A stretch of 64,000 nt of DNA from Limnothrix sp. BL-A-16 (lineage in GTDB: Bacteria; Cyanobacteriota; Cyanobacteriia; CACIAM-69d), in assembly GCA_041937175.2 (NCBI GenBank), contig CP166615.1, positions 3,584,001-3,648,000 on the forward strand, read 5' to 3'. Below are positions 51,601-61,820 of this stretch, in pieces. The notes beneath the pieces were generated by a model. It saw only the letters and a program-made list of their open reading frames with translations, was not told the DNA's origin and made no database searches. Position 1 is the first letter of the stretch, and every line of letters starts with the position of its first letter. Position numbers and translations under genes: made by a program.

Positions 51601-52295
51601 GGGCCGGTGGCACAATTCAGCCCCAAAATATCGATCGGGTAGGGTTCCAAAATCGCCACCACGGCGTTAATATCCGTCCCCACCAACATCGTGCCGGTGG
51701 TTTCCATGGTCACGGAAACCATTAATGGAATCCGCGATCCTTTCTCCGCAAAAACTTCCTCGATCGCATTCAGTGCTGACTTAATTTGCAACACATCCTG
51801 GCAGGTTTCCACAATGAATAAATCTGCCCCCCCATCAAACAGGGCCGCCGCCTGTTCGGCATAGGCCGCTTTCATCGTGTCGTAGTCAATGTGGCCGAGG
51901 GTGGGCAGCTTGGTTCCCGGCCCCATGGAACCGGCCACAAAACGCGGTTTGTCGGGGGTGGAAAACTCGCGGGTCAGCTCTTTGGCCAGCTCCACGGCCT
52001 TGCGGTTGAGTTCATAGGCTTGGTCGGCTAAATCGTATTCCGCCAAGACGATCGACGTTCCCCCAAAGGTGTCGGTTTCGATTACATCTGCGCCCGCTTT
52101 CAGATATTCCCGATGCACATAGGCAACAGCTTCCGGCTTGCTTTGCACCAAATACTCATTACACCCCTCATACTGCGGGCCGCCAAAGTCTTCGGCCGTC
52201 AGGTTTTGCGCCTGGAGGAGCGTCCCCATGCCGCCGTCAAAAACGATCACCGGGCGGGAAGGATGATGCAACCGTTCCAAAAAGGGATGAGTCAT
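48687..52295 (-). CDS. metH: B12-dependent methionine synthase
   Basis: [20 protein letters not shown], pterin-binding domain, [11 protein letters not shown] cobalamin motif, [10 protein letters not shown]. Confidence 0.98.
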   Translation of the reverse strand: MTHPFLERLHHPSRPVIVFDGGMGTLLQAQNLTAEDFGGPQYEGCNEYLVQSKPEAVAYVHREYLKAGADVIETDTFGGTSIVLAEYDLADQAYELNRKAVELAKELTREFSTPDKPRFVAGSMGPGTKLPTLGHIDYDTMKAAYAEQAAALFDGGADLFIVETCQDVLQIKSALNAIEEVFAEKGSRIPLMVSVTMETTGTMLVGTDINAVVAILEPYPIDILGLNCATGPDRMAEHIRYLCERSPFVVSCIPNAGLPENVGGHAHYRLTPMELRMAMHKFVEDWGVQVVGGCCGTRPDHIKELVGISESLQPKARDIRVPENLEPGRFDRNPLHYEPAAASIYGTQLYQQDNSFLIVGERLNASGSKKCRELLNAEDWDGLVSLAKAQVREGAHVLDVNVDYVGRDGERDMRELVSRLVNNVTLPLMLDSTEWQKMEAGLKVAGGKCLLNSTNYEDGEERFLKVLELAKTYGAGVVIGTIDEDGMARTAEKKFAIAQRAYRQAVEFGIPAHEIFFDTLALPISTGIEEDRKNGAATIESIRLIRENLPGCHILLGVSNISFGLNPAARQVLNSMFLHECMQVGMDSSIVSAAKILPLAKIEPAHQEVCRDLIFDRRRFEGDVCVYDPLTELTQLFEGATTKKAAGVDENLSLEEKLKRHIIDGERLGLETILQQAMTQYPPLEIINTYLLDGMKVVGELFASGQMQLPFVLQSAETMKAAVAFLEPHMEKSETSNNAKGTFVIATVKGDVHDIGKNLVDIILTNNGYRVINLGIKQPVENIIDAYEQHKPDCIAMSGLLVKSTAFMKENLETFNDRGITVPVILGGAALTPKFVYEDCQKTYRGRVIYGKDAFSDLSFMDKLMPAKAAEKWDDSEGFLGEFADDPAALGRYGQAKTDGDDGAEKPAKAEKPKVIDTRRSEAVDPNIDRPQPPFWGTQLLNPADIAIEEIFNYLDLQALFVGQWQFRKPKEQSRADYDAFIDAKVRPILAEWKAKVIAENLLQPQVIYGYFPCNSEGNTLYIYDPEAVSAGQTNLEPIAQLEFPRQGSLRRLCIADFFAPKELGIFDVFPMQAVTVGEVATEYAQKLFGANQYSDYLYFHGMAVQTAEGLAEWTHARIRRELGFGAQEPDNLRDILAQRYQGSRYSFGYPACPNIQDQLIQLQLLQTDRINMYMDESEQLYPEQSTTAIIAYHPIAKYFTA

Positions 52296-52526
52296 GGTCA
52301 GGGATGGAGCAGCAATTGGAATGCGAATGGGTTGGGGCGTGGCACTGTACTGTTGACCAGCACGGTTGATTAGCCCACGGGGCCAATGTTCCTATTGTGC
52401 CGGATTTGGCCGAGAGGTCTAGGCCCGGCGTGATTTCCACAACCCAGCAGCACCGATCGCCCAGGAAGTCTGAACAGCCCAAACGGCTACCGGGTGGGTT
52501 TGATCGATCGACAGAGACAAGGGGCT

Positions 52527-52630
52527 GAGGGGCGATCGTCAAATCGCCTGAAACCCTGGTTCCACCGTGGCGAGATCGACAGAGACAAGGGGCTTAAGCC
52601 CCTTGCCTAGGGCGGTGAGGGGATGGAAGA
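52527..52630 (+). mobile_element. Partial/degenerate MITE copy with internal REP palindrome (52586-52605)
   Basis: CGTCAAATCGCCTGAAACCCTG..TCCACC matches the 62612 copy; preceded by half-palindrome CAAGGGGCT. Confidence 0.65.
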
Positions 52631-52638
52631 ACTGTTGA

Positions 52639-55600
52639 TTAACCTTCAGCGATCAGGGCCTGGTGAATGAAGCTGGCCAGGTCGGCGCGGGTGGTGGGCT
52701 GATTGGGATTCAGGCGATCGGGACTGGGTTGCCCTTGCAGGATTTGGCGCTTGAGGGCGGCGGCAATTTTGCCCTGCACGGCACTGGGAATTTCGGCGCG
52801 ATCGTCCAGCACCGCCAAGCCTTCGGGGGACTCATCGGGCCAAGCCAGCCCTCCGGCCAGGGCCGCGGCCAACTGCCAACGGGGCACGCCCAGCTCGGGG
52901 CCAAATCGATCGGCATCCATACCCGAGAGAAATTGGCCCCGGTAGGCGCGATCGATCGCCTCAGCGGCCCAATAGCCCGCAGGCACATCTTGAAAGACCT
53001 TGCTCGATCGTCGATCGCTCGGATCAAAAGCCTTGACCAACACCGCCGCCAATTGGGCCCGGTTAATCGGCTCATCGGGATGGAACGAGCCATCCTCGTA
53101 GCCGCTGAGGATGCCCTGTGCCGCCAGGGTATTGATGAAGGGGGCGGCCCAATGGTTAGCGATGTCGCTGAAGGGGCTGCTGGACGGGTCGCTGTTGGTG
53201 GTGTTGCTGCCCAAATCGACAATGTAGGGCGATCGCAGGGCGCTGGCCAGACCCTTGGTGACCAGGGCTTGGTAAAGGAAGGCCGATACTTCCCCCCGGG
53301 TGATGGCCCGCTCGGCTTCCAGGCGGGTGAGGTCTGGATAGTTCACCACCATGCGCCGCACCGTGGCCGTGGCGATCGCATCGCGGGCAAAGTTGGGAAT
53401 CCGAATCGCATCGCTGTAATAGCTCAAAACACTCAAGGTTCCCCCCGTCAAACCCAGGCCATTCACCAGGGCGACCAACGCTTGGGCCCGGGTGAGGTTG
53501 GCATTGGGCTTAAAGCTGCCGTCGGGAAACCCTGCCAATAGTCCGCGTCGATAGCATTGGTCGATCGCCCCAGCGGCCCAAAAACTGGCCGGCACATCCC
53601 AAAATTTCGCCCCCGATCGCAGGTTAGGCAAGCTGGGAAAAGCCTTCACCAACAGGGCCGCAAACTGCCCCCGCGTCAGGTTGGTGTTGGGACGAAAGGT
53701 GCCATCCTCCTTGTAGCCGCTCATGATTTGCCGTTGGATCAACTGGCGAATAAACGCTTCGGCCCAATGGCCGGTCACGTCATCCCCCAGCGGGCCGGGA
53801 CTGGGCGTTGGGCCAGGGGTCGGAACCGGACTGCCGCCGCCCGCCCGTCGCCGGGCCTCCAACACCGCCTTGTAAGCGTTCACCTTGCCATAGCCAAACC
53901 ACCGGGAAAACCCGCGACTGTCATAGGAACCATAGCGAAATCCAAACTGTGGATCGGCATTGGTGTCCACAATTTTGTCCGTCGTTGATTCCAGAATCTG
54001 TTTCACCTCCCGCGCCGTCAGGTTGGGATTCGCGGACAACACCAGGGCTGCCACGCCCGCCACCACCGGGCAAGCGCTGGATGTGCCCCCAAAGTCGGCG
54101 GTGAAGTCCGTGCTGCTGTAGCCTGCGGATCCCAGGCGATCGGTCGTGAACACTCCGGCTCCGGCCAGGTTGCTGGTCACCTGGGGCGGAGTCAGAATGG
54201 CACCGGTTTCCGGCAACCAAATTCCCGGCGGTGCATTGTTGCTGGGGGCGCAAACGGAAATGTTATCGCCCCAATTGCTGTAGGCGGCTTTGCGGTTCAA
54301 GCTGGTGGATGCAGAAACGGCAATCACGTCCGGATGGGCCGCAAACCCCGACAGCCATTCCGTGGATCCCGACAACACCTTGTTGGGCCAACCCTGTTCA
54401 TTCACCGTGCCATTCACGGGCCGATTGGCATTGCCGGCCGCAAACACAATCACACAGCCCTTGCCATTGCGGCCCTGGGTGGCGGCCCGGCTGAGGGCGG
54501 CCCGTTGCCGGGTGGAGAGGGGAAAGTAAATGCTGCCTGGGCCCCAGCTACAGGAAACGACGGCGGCCCCCCGAGACACACACCAATCAAACAGTTCTTC
54601 CACCGCTTGGTCATCTAAGTAGCCGGTGGTGCGAATGGGCATCAAGGCACAACGGGGAGCCACCCCAACGATGCCGCTGCCGTTTTCTTCGGCCACGGCA
54701 ACCCCGGCACAGGCGGTTCCGTGGCTGTCGTCCCGCGTGCCGGGCAGGGGGTTAAAGTCATTGTCTTTAAAGTCTTTGGGGCTGACGATTTTGCCGGTTC
54801 CCTGAAAGTCCGGGTGGCTGAGGTCAATGCCATCGTCGGCGATCGCCACGATGACGGATCGATCGCCCCGGGTAATGTCCCAGGCCTTTTCCGCATCGAT
54901 ATGGGAACCGGCGGTGATGCTGCTGCCCCCGTTGTTTTGCAAATACCACTGGGAACTGAAAAACCCATCCCGCGGCCGATAGAAGGGCTGGCTTTCAAGG
55001 ATGGCATTGGGTTCGGCACTCAGAACGGCCGGATTTTCCAGCAGGGTGTTGGCAATTTTCAGGGGGTTCAGGGGCGTTCGATCGCTCAGGCGATAGATAA
55101 ACGCATTGGGAATGCCGTCCAGGGGTTTCACCAACACCAGCCCCAACCCTTGGGCGATCGCGTCCACCGCCTGGGCCACCAGGGTGGGATGAAACACGAT
55201 CGTCACCTCATCCCCCAAATAGACCCGCGTGGCTCCCCGGCCTTGGTATTGGTAAACGTGGCTCACGTAGTCAAAGGCTCCGGAGCGGCGAGCTTCGTCC
55301 ATCACCGGATCCAACCGGGCTGGAGCCACCAGCAACTCCACCAGGGGCACCCCCCGCCCTAGCGGCCGCACCTGGGTTACGTCGGGCCAGCGGGTGGGAT
55401 CGATCGGCTGGGCGGCTTTGGGGCGCACCACGAAGCGATCGGGCACTTTTTCCAGCAGCACCTCATCTCCGCCCCGTTGCAACACCAGGCCCAGAAACTG
55501 GGGCGGCACACCAACGGCCCCCACAGAGTCCAAATCGGACGGCACGGGATGAGAAGAAGGTTGCAAATCCGCCACGGGGAATATCTCCTGAAACAGGCTT

Positions 55601-55653
55601 GGAACGGGCTTGGAAGAAGATTGCGCTGCAAACGACAGGACGCTACGCCACAA
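52639..55653 (-). CDS. S8 subtilisin-like serine protease with C-terminal SLH domains
   Basis: ADDG, HGTACAG, AAGN, GGTSSACP catalytic motifs; multiple SLH repeats. Confidence 0.93.
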   Translation of the reverse strand: MWRSVLSFAAQSSSKPVPSLFQEIFPVADLQPSSHPVPSDLDSVGAVGVPPQFLGLVLQRGGDEVLLEKVPDRFVVRPKAAQPIDPTRWPDVTQVRPLGRGVPLVELLVAPARLDPVMDEARRSGAFDYVSHVYQYQGRGATRVYLGDEVTIVFHPTLVAQAVDAIAQGLGLVLVKPLDGIPNAFIYRLSDRTPLNPLKIANTLLENPAVLSAEPNAILESQPFYRPRDGFFSSQWYLQNNGGSSITAGSHIDAEKAWDITRGDRSVIVAIADDGIDLSHPDFQGTGKIVSPKDFKDNDFNPLPGTRDDSHGTACAGVAVAEENGSGIVGVAPRCALMPIRTTGYLDDQAVEELFDWCVSRGAAVVSCSWGPGSIYFPLSTRQRAALSRAATQGRNGKGCVIVFAAGNANRPVNGTVNEQGWPNKVLSGSTEWLSGFAAHPDVIAVSASTSLNRKAAYSNWGDNISVCAPSNNAPPGIWLPETGAILTPPQVTSNLAGAGVFTTDRLGSAGYSSTDFTADFGGTSSACPVVAGVAALVLSANPNLTAREVKQILESTTDKIVDTNADPQFGFRYGSYDSRGFSRWFGYGKVNAYKAVLEARRRAGGGSPVPTPGPTPSPGPLGDDVTGHWAEAFIRQLIQRQIMSGYKEDGTFRPNTNLTRGQFAALLVKAFPSLPNLRSGAKFWDVPASFWAAGAIDQCYRRGLLAGFPDGSFKPNANLTRAQALVALVNGLGLTGGTLSVLSYYSDAIRIPNFARDAIATATVRRMVVNYPDLTRLEAERAITRGEVSAFLYQALVTKGLASALRSPYIVDLGSNTTNSDPSSSPFSDIANHWAAPFINTLAAQGILSGYEDGSFHPDEPINRAQLAAVLVKAFDPSDRRSSKVFQDVPAGYWAAEAIDRAYRGQFLSGMDADRFGPELGVPRWQLAAALAGGLAWPDESPEGLAVLDDRAEIPSAVQGKIAAALKRQILQGQPSPDRLNPNQPTTRADLASFIHQALIAEG

Positions 55654-55779
55654 CGACGGACATTGGCCAGCCAGAAATCAGCCAGCCAGGACGGTCAACG
55701 CCGCCCCCAATCTAGGCTGATCCGACGCGGAGGGGCCCAAGGGCGATCGAACCTTGTCGTAGAATAGAGCCGATTTGAC

Positions 55780-55989
55780 CATCACAACGGGTACAAGCCT
55801 CGCCCTCGGAGGGTGGCTTGATCCCAGTCGCGGGCGGGCAGTCCGAGACTCAAAACGGACGCGGGGGCCAGCGTGAATCCAGTTCGCTGGTAGCGACCCC
55901 TGAAGCGTCAACCCATGGTCTAGTCGAGCAACTCCGGTTGCTTGGTTAGCACCAGAATCCCCACGCCCTTGGGGTGGGGAGGATGTCAA
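55780..55989 (+). mobile_element. Miniature IS200/IS605 (TnpB)-derived element, putative omegaRNA locus
   Basis: TTGAC then left-end hairpin CAAGCC...GGCTTG; TnpB-like C-terminal tail coding; right end AGAATCCCCACGCCCTTGGGGTGGGGAGGATGTCAA. Confidence 0.75.
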
Positions 55990-56016
55990 GCGGCTCCTAA
56001 TCAATCCACCCAGCCC

Positions 56017-56595
56017 ATGCTAGCCCTTCGATTCCCCCGGTTGCTGCCTGTTGTTTTACCCCTGTTGGCAGTTGCGGCGCTGGCCCCCAGCGTGCGGGCC
56101 CAAGAAACGAATCTGCCCGATGCCACTCCAGCCAATCCTGAACCGGCGGTGGTTCAAGCAACGGGACTGTTGAGCATGGCCGGCGGTCAACGCTTGATGG
56201 ATGAAGCCGCCCGCGCGATCGAGTCCCAAAACTACGGTTTGGCTCAACAGCGCTTGCAGCAAGCTCGGCAGGTGTTTAACCAGTTGTCGAACTTCCATCA
56301 GCAATTGTCTGGTGCATTTTCCGCGATCGACAACCGCATTTCCCAAGAACAGCGCAAGAACGCCCTTGAAGCGGCCCAAATGCGCGATTTATCGACCTAT
56401 CAGCTTGCCTTGGTTCACCGGGCCCAAAATCAACCGGAATTAGCCATTCCTCTGTTGGTGCAGATTGTTTCAAGCCAAAGCCCCACGCGAGATTTGGGAA
56501 CCAAGGCCTATCAACAACTGGCGGAGCTGGGCTTCATCAGTCCGGGGGCCCTGCGTCCAGCGCCCGCACCGGCTCCCGCTGCCACACCTCGCTAG
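56017..56595 (+). CDS. Secreted helical (TPR-like) hypothetical protein
   Basis: Signal peptide ending VRA; ARQVFNQLSNF...YQLALVHRA...QLAELGF. Confidence 0.8.
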   Translation: MLALRFPRLLPVVLPLLAVAALAPSVRAQETNLPDATPANPEPAVVQATGLLSMAGGQRLMDEAARAIESQNYGLAQQRLQQARQVFNQLSNFHQQLSGAFSAIDNRISQEQRKNALEAAQMRDLSTYQLALVHRAQNQPELAIPLLVQIVSSQSPTRDLGTKAYQQLAELGFISPGALRPAPAPAPAATPR

Positions 56596-56610
56596 CGGGA
56601 GTAGGGGCAA

Positions 56611-58083
56611 TTGAGCCGACCGCCAGCCTTGAACAATCGGCAGCGCTGGTTCCAATCCCAGTGGCTGGAGGTTGATCGGGCCCTGCGAGATGGGGCCACC
56701 TTGGCCCAACGGCGCGATCGCCCCTGGTGGGATCAGTGGGTTTTGGCGGGCCGGCAGCGCGAGTTGCGGGCGGCCCGCTCGGTTTTGAGCTGGTTGGCAG
56801 GCGGCATTCCCGACCCATCGATCAATATGGATCCAACCAATATGGATCCAACGAATCGGGACGGGAGCGGCTGGGATCCAGAGGACGATACGGCATCGGC
56901 AGCATCGGCGCTCAATTCGCCCCTGGGTCGATCGGCAACAGGCCCGATTAACCGCCCACCGGCCAATTCAGCCGCTAATCAAGCTGCGGGTGGGGGCAAT
57001 CCATCGGCCAATTCGCCACCCAATCGCCCGATCGGCTCCGGCGCGATCGACCCCAGCCGCAATCCGCCCCCGCCCCCCGAGGATCCGGCGGGTGGCTCCA
57101 CACCGACCGCCCTAGACCTAACGCTCTGGCGATCGACCCTCTTTGACGATGCGGTGGCCCGGCTGACGGTCGATCGACTGGTGAACTTGACCGGTTCTCC
57201 CCTGGAAATTGAAATTCTGCATCCCGATCGCCGCCGGGAGCTGTTGGCCCTAGTGTTGCGACGGGTGGAACGGGGTCTGGAGGAAGTGCGCCGCGATCGG
57301 CTGCGGGGCGATCGCTTATTGGCCCAACAGGAAGCCTTGCTGCAAACCTGGTGGGTTCAGCTTTTGGATGACTTTTTAGGCGACTGGCTCACGGATCGCT
57401 CAACCCTGCGATCGGGCAATGGGGCCCTGCGGCTCCAGCGCGATCGACTGCTTCAGGATTGGGCGATTGTGGCCGCAGACATTTTGAACCGGGCCGTGGA
57501 ACTGGGCCCCTTGCTGGAACACCTGCTTTGGGGGTTGCCCTTAACGGTGGATGGGGTGACGGTGGAGGCGGGAACCGGGGCTGCCCTCGATCGGGCCAGT
57601 GCCCTGCTGCATAACCTGGTGCTTTGTTTGGCCTGTGCCGTGGTGCAACCGGTTTTGAATCGCTATGGCGATCGGGAAGGTCTGAAGCTGGCCCTGTTCG
57701 ATCGGCGCTGGTTACCCACCCGGGAAGTGGAACGGTTTCGCAATGACCTGGCTTGGAAATATCGAGTGCAACGCTGGGTCAGCGAACCCAAAGCCATCTA
57801 CGAAAGTCGCTATTGGCTGCTGACGGCCAGCGATCGGGGCATTGTGGCCTTGCCGGTTTATGCGCCCCGCAACCAGGAATGGCGGGCCCTGTCCGGTGTG
57901 CCCTTGGGGGTCACGTTGCTGATTGAAGCCCGCGACGCGATCGCCCCTCGGGTGCGGGCCACGGTCACCCTGGCCGGTCGTGGGGCCCTGATGGTGCTCC
58001 AGGCGATCGGGCGCGGCCTTGGCTTCATCGGCCGCGGCATCATTCAAGGATTGGGCGATGCGCTCGATCGCCGCAAGACTTGA
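56611..58083 (+). CDS. DUF3685 domain protein
   Basis: NLTGSPLEIEIL, TREVERFRNDL, EPKAIYES, EARDAIAPR, IGRGLGFIGRGIIQG. Confidence 0.85.
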   Translation: MSRPPALNNRQRWFQSQWLEVDRALRDGATLAQRRDRPWWDQWVLAGRQRELRAARSVLSWLAGGIPDPSINMDPTNMDPTNRDGSGWDPEDDTASAASALNSPLGRSATGPINRPPANSAANQAAGGGNPSANSPPNRPIGSGAIDPSRNPPPPPEDPAGGSTPTALDLTLWRSTLFDDAVARLTVDRLVNLTGSPLEIEILHPDRRRELLALVLRRVERGLEEVRRDRLRGDRLLAQQEALLQTWWVQLLDDFLGDWLTDRSTLRSGNGALRLQRDRLLQDWAIVAADILNRAVELGPLLEHLLWGLPLTVDGVTVEAGTGAALDRASALLHNLVLCLACAVVQPVLNRYGDREGLKLALFDRRWLPTREVERFRNDLAWKYRVQRWVSEPKAIYESRYWLLTASDRGIVALPVYAPRNQEWRALSGVPLGVTLLIEARDAIAPRVRATVTLAGRGALMVLQAIGRGLGFIGRGIIQGLGDALDRRKT

Positions 58084-58192
58084 TGGATCGCGAGTCAAGA
58101 CTTTTCTTTGGGGCTGCCGGATGGGCATTGCTCCCCTGCGACCCAATGCCCTTGATCGCTAGCCTTCGAGGGTAATCACTAGCCCCGATCGG

Positions 58193-58657
58193 CTAATCCG
58201 ACACAATTTTCAGCAGCCGCACAAACAACACCCCCAACAAGAAATAGGTCAGCATCGCCACGATCGAGTTCAGATCCAACGCATTGAACTGACCAAACCG
58301 AAATACCGGGAATAACGTTGAAAAAGGGCCAATGTAGGGACTGGCCAAAAACTCAATGCCCTGAGCAAAGGGACTGCGGGGATTCGCTCCCGTTAGTTGC
58401 AACAGGAATCGCATCCCAATCAAAATTTCCAGGGCCACAATCAGGTAATAGGTTCCCTGTTGCACCCGCCGCAACACCTCATTGCGCCGTGCGATCGCCA
58501 TTTGCCGGGCATCTTCCCGCAAGCGGCGCTCTTCCGCCCGCAACTGCATTTCATAGAGCTTGCGGGCGTAGTCTTCGGGGGGCAGTTGGTCACCCGGCAG
58601 GCTATCAGCGCCCGATTCAGAGGGGCGATCGTGAAACGGATTGCCGTTGGTGCTCAT
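58193..58657 (-). CDS. YggT family membrane protein
   Basis: LEILIGMRFLLQLTGANP...PF... Confidence 0.75.
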   Translation of the reverse strand: MSTNGNPFHDRPSESGADSLPGDQLPPEDYARKLYEMQLRAEERRLREDARQMAIARRNEVLRRVQQGTYYLIVALEILIGMRFLLQLTGANPRSPFAQGIEFLASPYIGPFSTLFPVFRFGQFNALDLNSIVAMLTYFLLGVLFVRLLKIVSD

Positions 58658-58774
58658 GGATTCGGGATCAGGCCCTAAAAACAGCGATCGAATCCATGCA
58701 ATCGTTTTGCGGCTCCGTCGTCAAGCGATCGCCCCTCCCAACCCATCATCCAAGCAGCGGCCATTGGCTCGGCC

Positions 58775-59524
58775 TTAAGCCAGGTCAAACAGCAACAGCT
58801 CCGCACTCTCTGAAGCCGTAATTTCCACCTGCTCCAGGGCCGTGATGGCCGCCGCGTCGCCCGCCTCCAGCGTCACCCCATTCAGGGCGATCGCCCCACG
58901 AGCCACCTGCAACCACCCGCCGCGTTCAGGGCTGGCAAATTGATGCACCACCCGATCGCCCGCCGCCAACGAACTGGCAAAAATCAGCGCATCCTGATGA
59001 ATCGTCACCGAGCCATCGCGACCATCGGGCGAAGCCACCACCCGTAACCGGCCCTGCTTGTCTTCCGGCGCAAAGAACACCTGCTCATAGCCCGGCTGCA
59101 AGTTGTTGCGATCGGGCAAAATCCAAATTTGCAACAGGTGCAGCGGCTCCGAATCCGACGCATTAAATTCGCTGTGCAAAATGCCCGTTCCGGCGCTCAT
59201 CCGCTGCACGTCGCCCGGCCGAATCAGGGAGCCGTTGCCAATGCTGTCCCGGTGCTCCAGCAACCCACTCAGCACATAGGTCACGATTTCCATATCGCGA
59301 TGGCCATGGGTGCCAAACCCTTGCTTGGGGGCAATCACATCCTCATTGATTACTCGCAACGTCCGAAAGCCCATGTGATTGGGGTCGTAGTAACTGCTAA
59401 ACGAAAAACTGTGATAGCTATCCAACCAACCGTGATTGGCATGGCCCCGATCGCCCGATCGCCGAATCGTGATGTTGCCCGCAGTGGTCGGGGCGATCGA
59501 GGCAGCAGAAGACGAAATAGTCAT
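58775..59524 (-). CDS. Pirin family protein
   Basis: [31 protein letters not shown]. Confidence 0.95.
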   Translation of the reverse strand: MTISSSAASIAPTTAGNITIRRSGDRGHANHGWLDSYHSFSFSSYYDPNHMGFRTLRVINEDVIAPKQGFGTHGHRDMEIVTYVLSGLLEHRDSIGNGSLIRPGDVQRMSAGTGILHSEFNASDSEPLHLLQIWILPDRNNLQPGYEQVFFAPEDKQGRLRVVASPDGRDGSVTIHQDALIFASSLAAGDRVVHQFASPERGGWLQVARGAIALNGVTLEAGDAAAITALEQVEITASESAELLLFDLA

Positions 59525-59729
59525 GGCTCAATTACTCCACCGTTTAACCTAATCAAACCGTGCAAAATCCAGAAATGCAAAATCCAGAAACGCAAAATTC
59601 AGCAATCAGCAAATCACATCAACAACCGAAGCCACCGGTAAGGCCAGTTCACCTCAGGAGGATGATTTGATCAGCATTTGACCATTTCAATACACCAAAA
59701 AAATCAGCCATTTTCACCAAATTTGAGTC

Positions 59730-59984
59730 CTAATTAGCCATTAGCGGCTGATGGGAACCATCACAGAAGGGCGGATTTTGAGTTTGTTTGCAATTACAAA
59801 TCGCGACCTTCTTCGTTTCTGTCACCTCAAAGGCAAAAGGCGTGAAACTCGTTCCCTGGTGGGAGCCATCGCAGAATTTCTGAGAAGCCGATCGACCGCA
59901 AGTACACCAGAAATATTTCCCCGGTGTCAGTTCAATCACCTCAGGCTTTGTATCAGCAATCACAGCCTCATTGGGAGCAGTCAT
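59730..59984 (-). CDS. CDGSH iron-sulfur domain protein (two motifs)
   Basis: WCTCGRS...FCDGSH and ICNCKQT...FCDGSH. Confidence 0.92.
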   Translation of the reverse strand: MTAPNEAVIADTKPEVIELTPGKYFWCTCGRSASQKFCDGSHQGTSFTPFAFEVTETKKVAICNCKQTQNPPFCDGSHQPLMAN

Positions 59985-60058
59985 GCTTAAAATTCTCTCT
60001 CGGTTCAGTAAACTAGGCGATTGAATTAATCCTAGGGGCTTCTCTCGGCAGCAACAAG

Positions 60059-60079
60059 TACGCACAAAAAAGTGCGGTA
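60059..60079. promoter_or_regulatory. Palindromic operator candidate for the HxlR regulator
   Basis: CGCAC-AAAAAA-GTGCG between the divergent CDGSH/pirin and hxlR genes. Confidence 0.5.
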
Positions 60080-60379
60080 GTTACCAAAAAGAAACCATCC
60101 GGCAACCCAATCCACTGAATCACCCCAATTAACCAATTCAATGAAGAGGCTTAAGAATAGAAGAAACTTGAGAATATTTTTGAGTCAAAACTCAATTTTA
60201 GATTTTCTTGAAAGTGCAATTTTTAAGTGTAATTTCTAAATGCAGTTTCTAAAAAATTCAAGAGAGCATTCAAGAGTATATTCAAGAGACATTTCAACTA
60301 TCAACTTGAAGAAATTGATCTATATTGCTTTTGATATGGTCTGCTATGGCTTCCTTCGCTGTATGAGGATCGATCGCCC

Positions 60380-60838
60380 ATGATTACCCCGAATCCAGCA
60401 CCCACCACGGGCTTCACGCGCCTCAGTTGTGCCGTTGAGACAACACTCAATATCATTGATGGGCGCTGGAAAGTGCTGATTTTGCGCGAGCTATTTGCAG
60501 GAACCATGCGCTTTGCTCAACTGCGCCGAGCGCTTCAGGGCGTGACGCAAAAAATGTTGACTCAGCAGCTACGGGAGTTGGAAGCCGATGGCATTGTTCA
60601 CCGGCAAGTTTATCCAGAAGTGCCGCCCAGGGTGGAGTATTCCCTCACGCCCTTGGGTGAATCCCTGTGGTCAGTCCTGGAAGCGATGCACAACTGGGGA
60701 CTGCACTATCAAACCTCCCAAGGTATCGTTGATCATCCTGCTCATGGGGAGCCAGCGTTGCCACGCTTACCGATCGACTATGACGCTCAAAACTATGGCG
60801 CTCAAGACTTGGACAATCACCAAAATTTAAGCCCCTAA
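60380..60838 (+). CDS. HxlR family winged-helix regulator
   Basis: CAVETTLNIIDGRWK, LTQQLRELE, VPPRVEYSLT. Confidence 0.93.
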   Translation: MITPNPAPTTGFTRLSCAVETTLNIIDGRWKVLILRELFAGTMRFAQLRRALQGVTQKMLTQQLRELEADGIVHRQVYPEVPPRVEYSLTPLGESLWSVLEAMHNWGLHYQTSQGIVDHPAHGEPALPRLPIDYDAQNYGAQDLDNHQNLSP

Positions 60839-60963
60839 AACACCCAGATTTCAGAATACAGAAATTGCAGGACACAGGAGCCTAGCACGCCCAATTATGA
60901 CCAAAGGTTGGCTCAATGGATTTCCACTCAGCCAACCCCTAATTTAGGATCATTATTCACAGA

Positions 60964-61419
60964 TTAAAGCGGCAAGAGCGATCGCTGACAGGAAGGGCAA
61001 ATGGCGTGGATGGTTAACTGGCAATCGAGCAGATGGTAGCCCTCTTTTTCCGATTGCTTAATTCCCATTTTCAAAACCGAATCGTTCTTGAATTCGATCG
61101 TTTTATTGCACTTAACGCAAATTAAGTGATGGTGATGATGGGGATAGGGCTGATTCAGTTCGTAGTGCTTGTGGCCCTCTGCTAATTCTAGTTCGCGCAA
61201 AATGCCCATGCGCGACATTAATTTCAGGGTTCGATAGATCGTAGAAAGGCTGATGCCTTGGTCTTGCTCTTCAAGCAAGTGATACAGATCTTCGGCGCTG
61301 AGGTGGCGACCTTCGGGCAGATCCTTGAAGACATTGAGGATCACTTCGCGTTGGGGAGTCATCCGCCAACCGCGCTCGTTTAACTCGGCTTTTAGGGACT
61401 GTGGTGTGTAGGAAAACAT
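60964..61419 (-). CDS. fur: Ferric uptake regulator (FurA-type)
   Basis: GWRMTPQRE, HLSAED, STIYRTL, HHHHLICVKC, CPSC. Confidence 0.93.
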   Translation of the reverse strand: MFSYTPQSLKAELNERGWRMTPQREVILNVFKDLPEGRHLSAEDLYHLLEEQDQGISLSTIYRTLKLMSRMGILRELELAEGHKHYELNQPYPHHHHHLICVKCNKTIEFKNDSVLKMGIKQSEKEGYHLLDCQLTIHAICPSCQRSLLPL

Positions 61420-61500
61420 AGGGGTTGGCGAGGTTTGACCTGAAGCGTTTCCCTCTGCCAAATGGTAACAGGTATAAATGAGCATTTGCAAGAAGCTCGT

Positions 61501-61516
61501 ATTATTGAGAATAAAT
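61501..61516. promoter_or_regulatory. Possible Fur box upstream of fur
   Basis: ATTATTGAGAATAAAT resembles the AT-rich cyanobacterial FurA site. Confidence 0.45.
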
Positions 61517-61820
61517 CTTAAGTCTAGTTTTAGGGAATGGGTCGCTTGGGTCTCCCCGGGCCGATCGCCCTAACGATCGGGTGGGCCATCAAGTTGTTGG
61601 GGGGTGGGGCTTTAGGGCGATCGCGCCGGAGTCGGGCCGGGCAAATTGGGGGTCGATCGACCCTTTGCAAAAGTTGACATATCCCAAGGGATCAGAGCGA
61701 TTAACTTGCGATTAAGGGCTAGAACCGCCCTGTTTAAATGCAGATCTTTGCAAATATGGGCGCGATCGAGCTGCCTTTACAGCTCGATCGGGGAAGATTT
61801 CAGCGATCGCCTGGATTGGT

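Noticed and set aside
52296..52520. Cobalamin or SAM riboswitch upstream of metH
   Set aside because: No recognisable B12-box or SAM motif
55942..56016. N-terminal extension of the secreted protein
   Set aside because: It overlaps the IS605-like right end; the signal peptide begins at ATG 56017
59561..59610. 15-bp tandem repeat (TGCAAAATCCAGAAA)
   Set aside because: Short degenerate intergenic repeat with no supporting context
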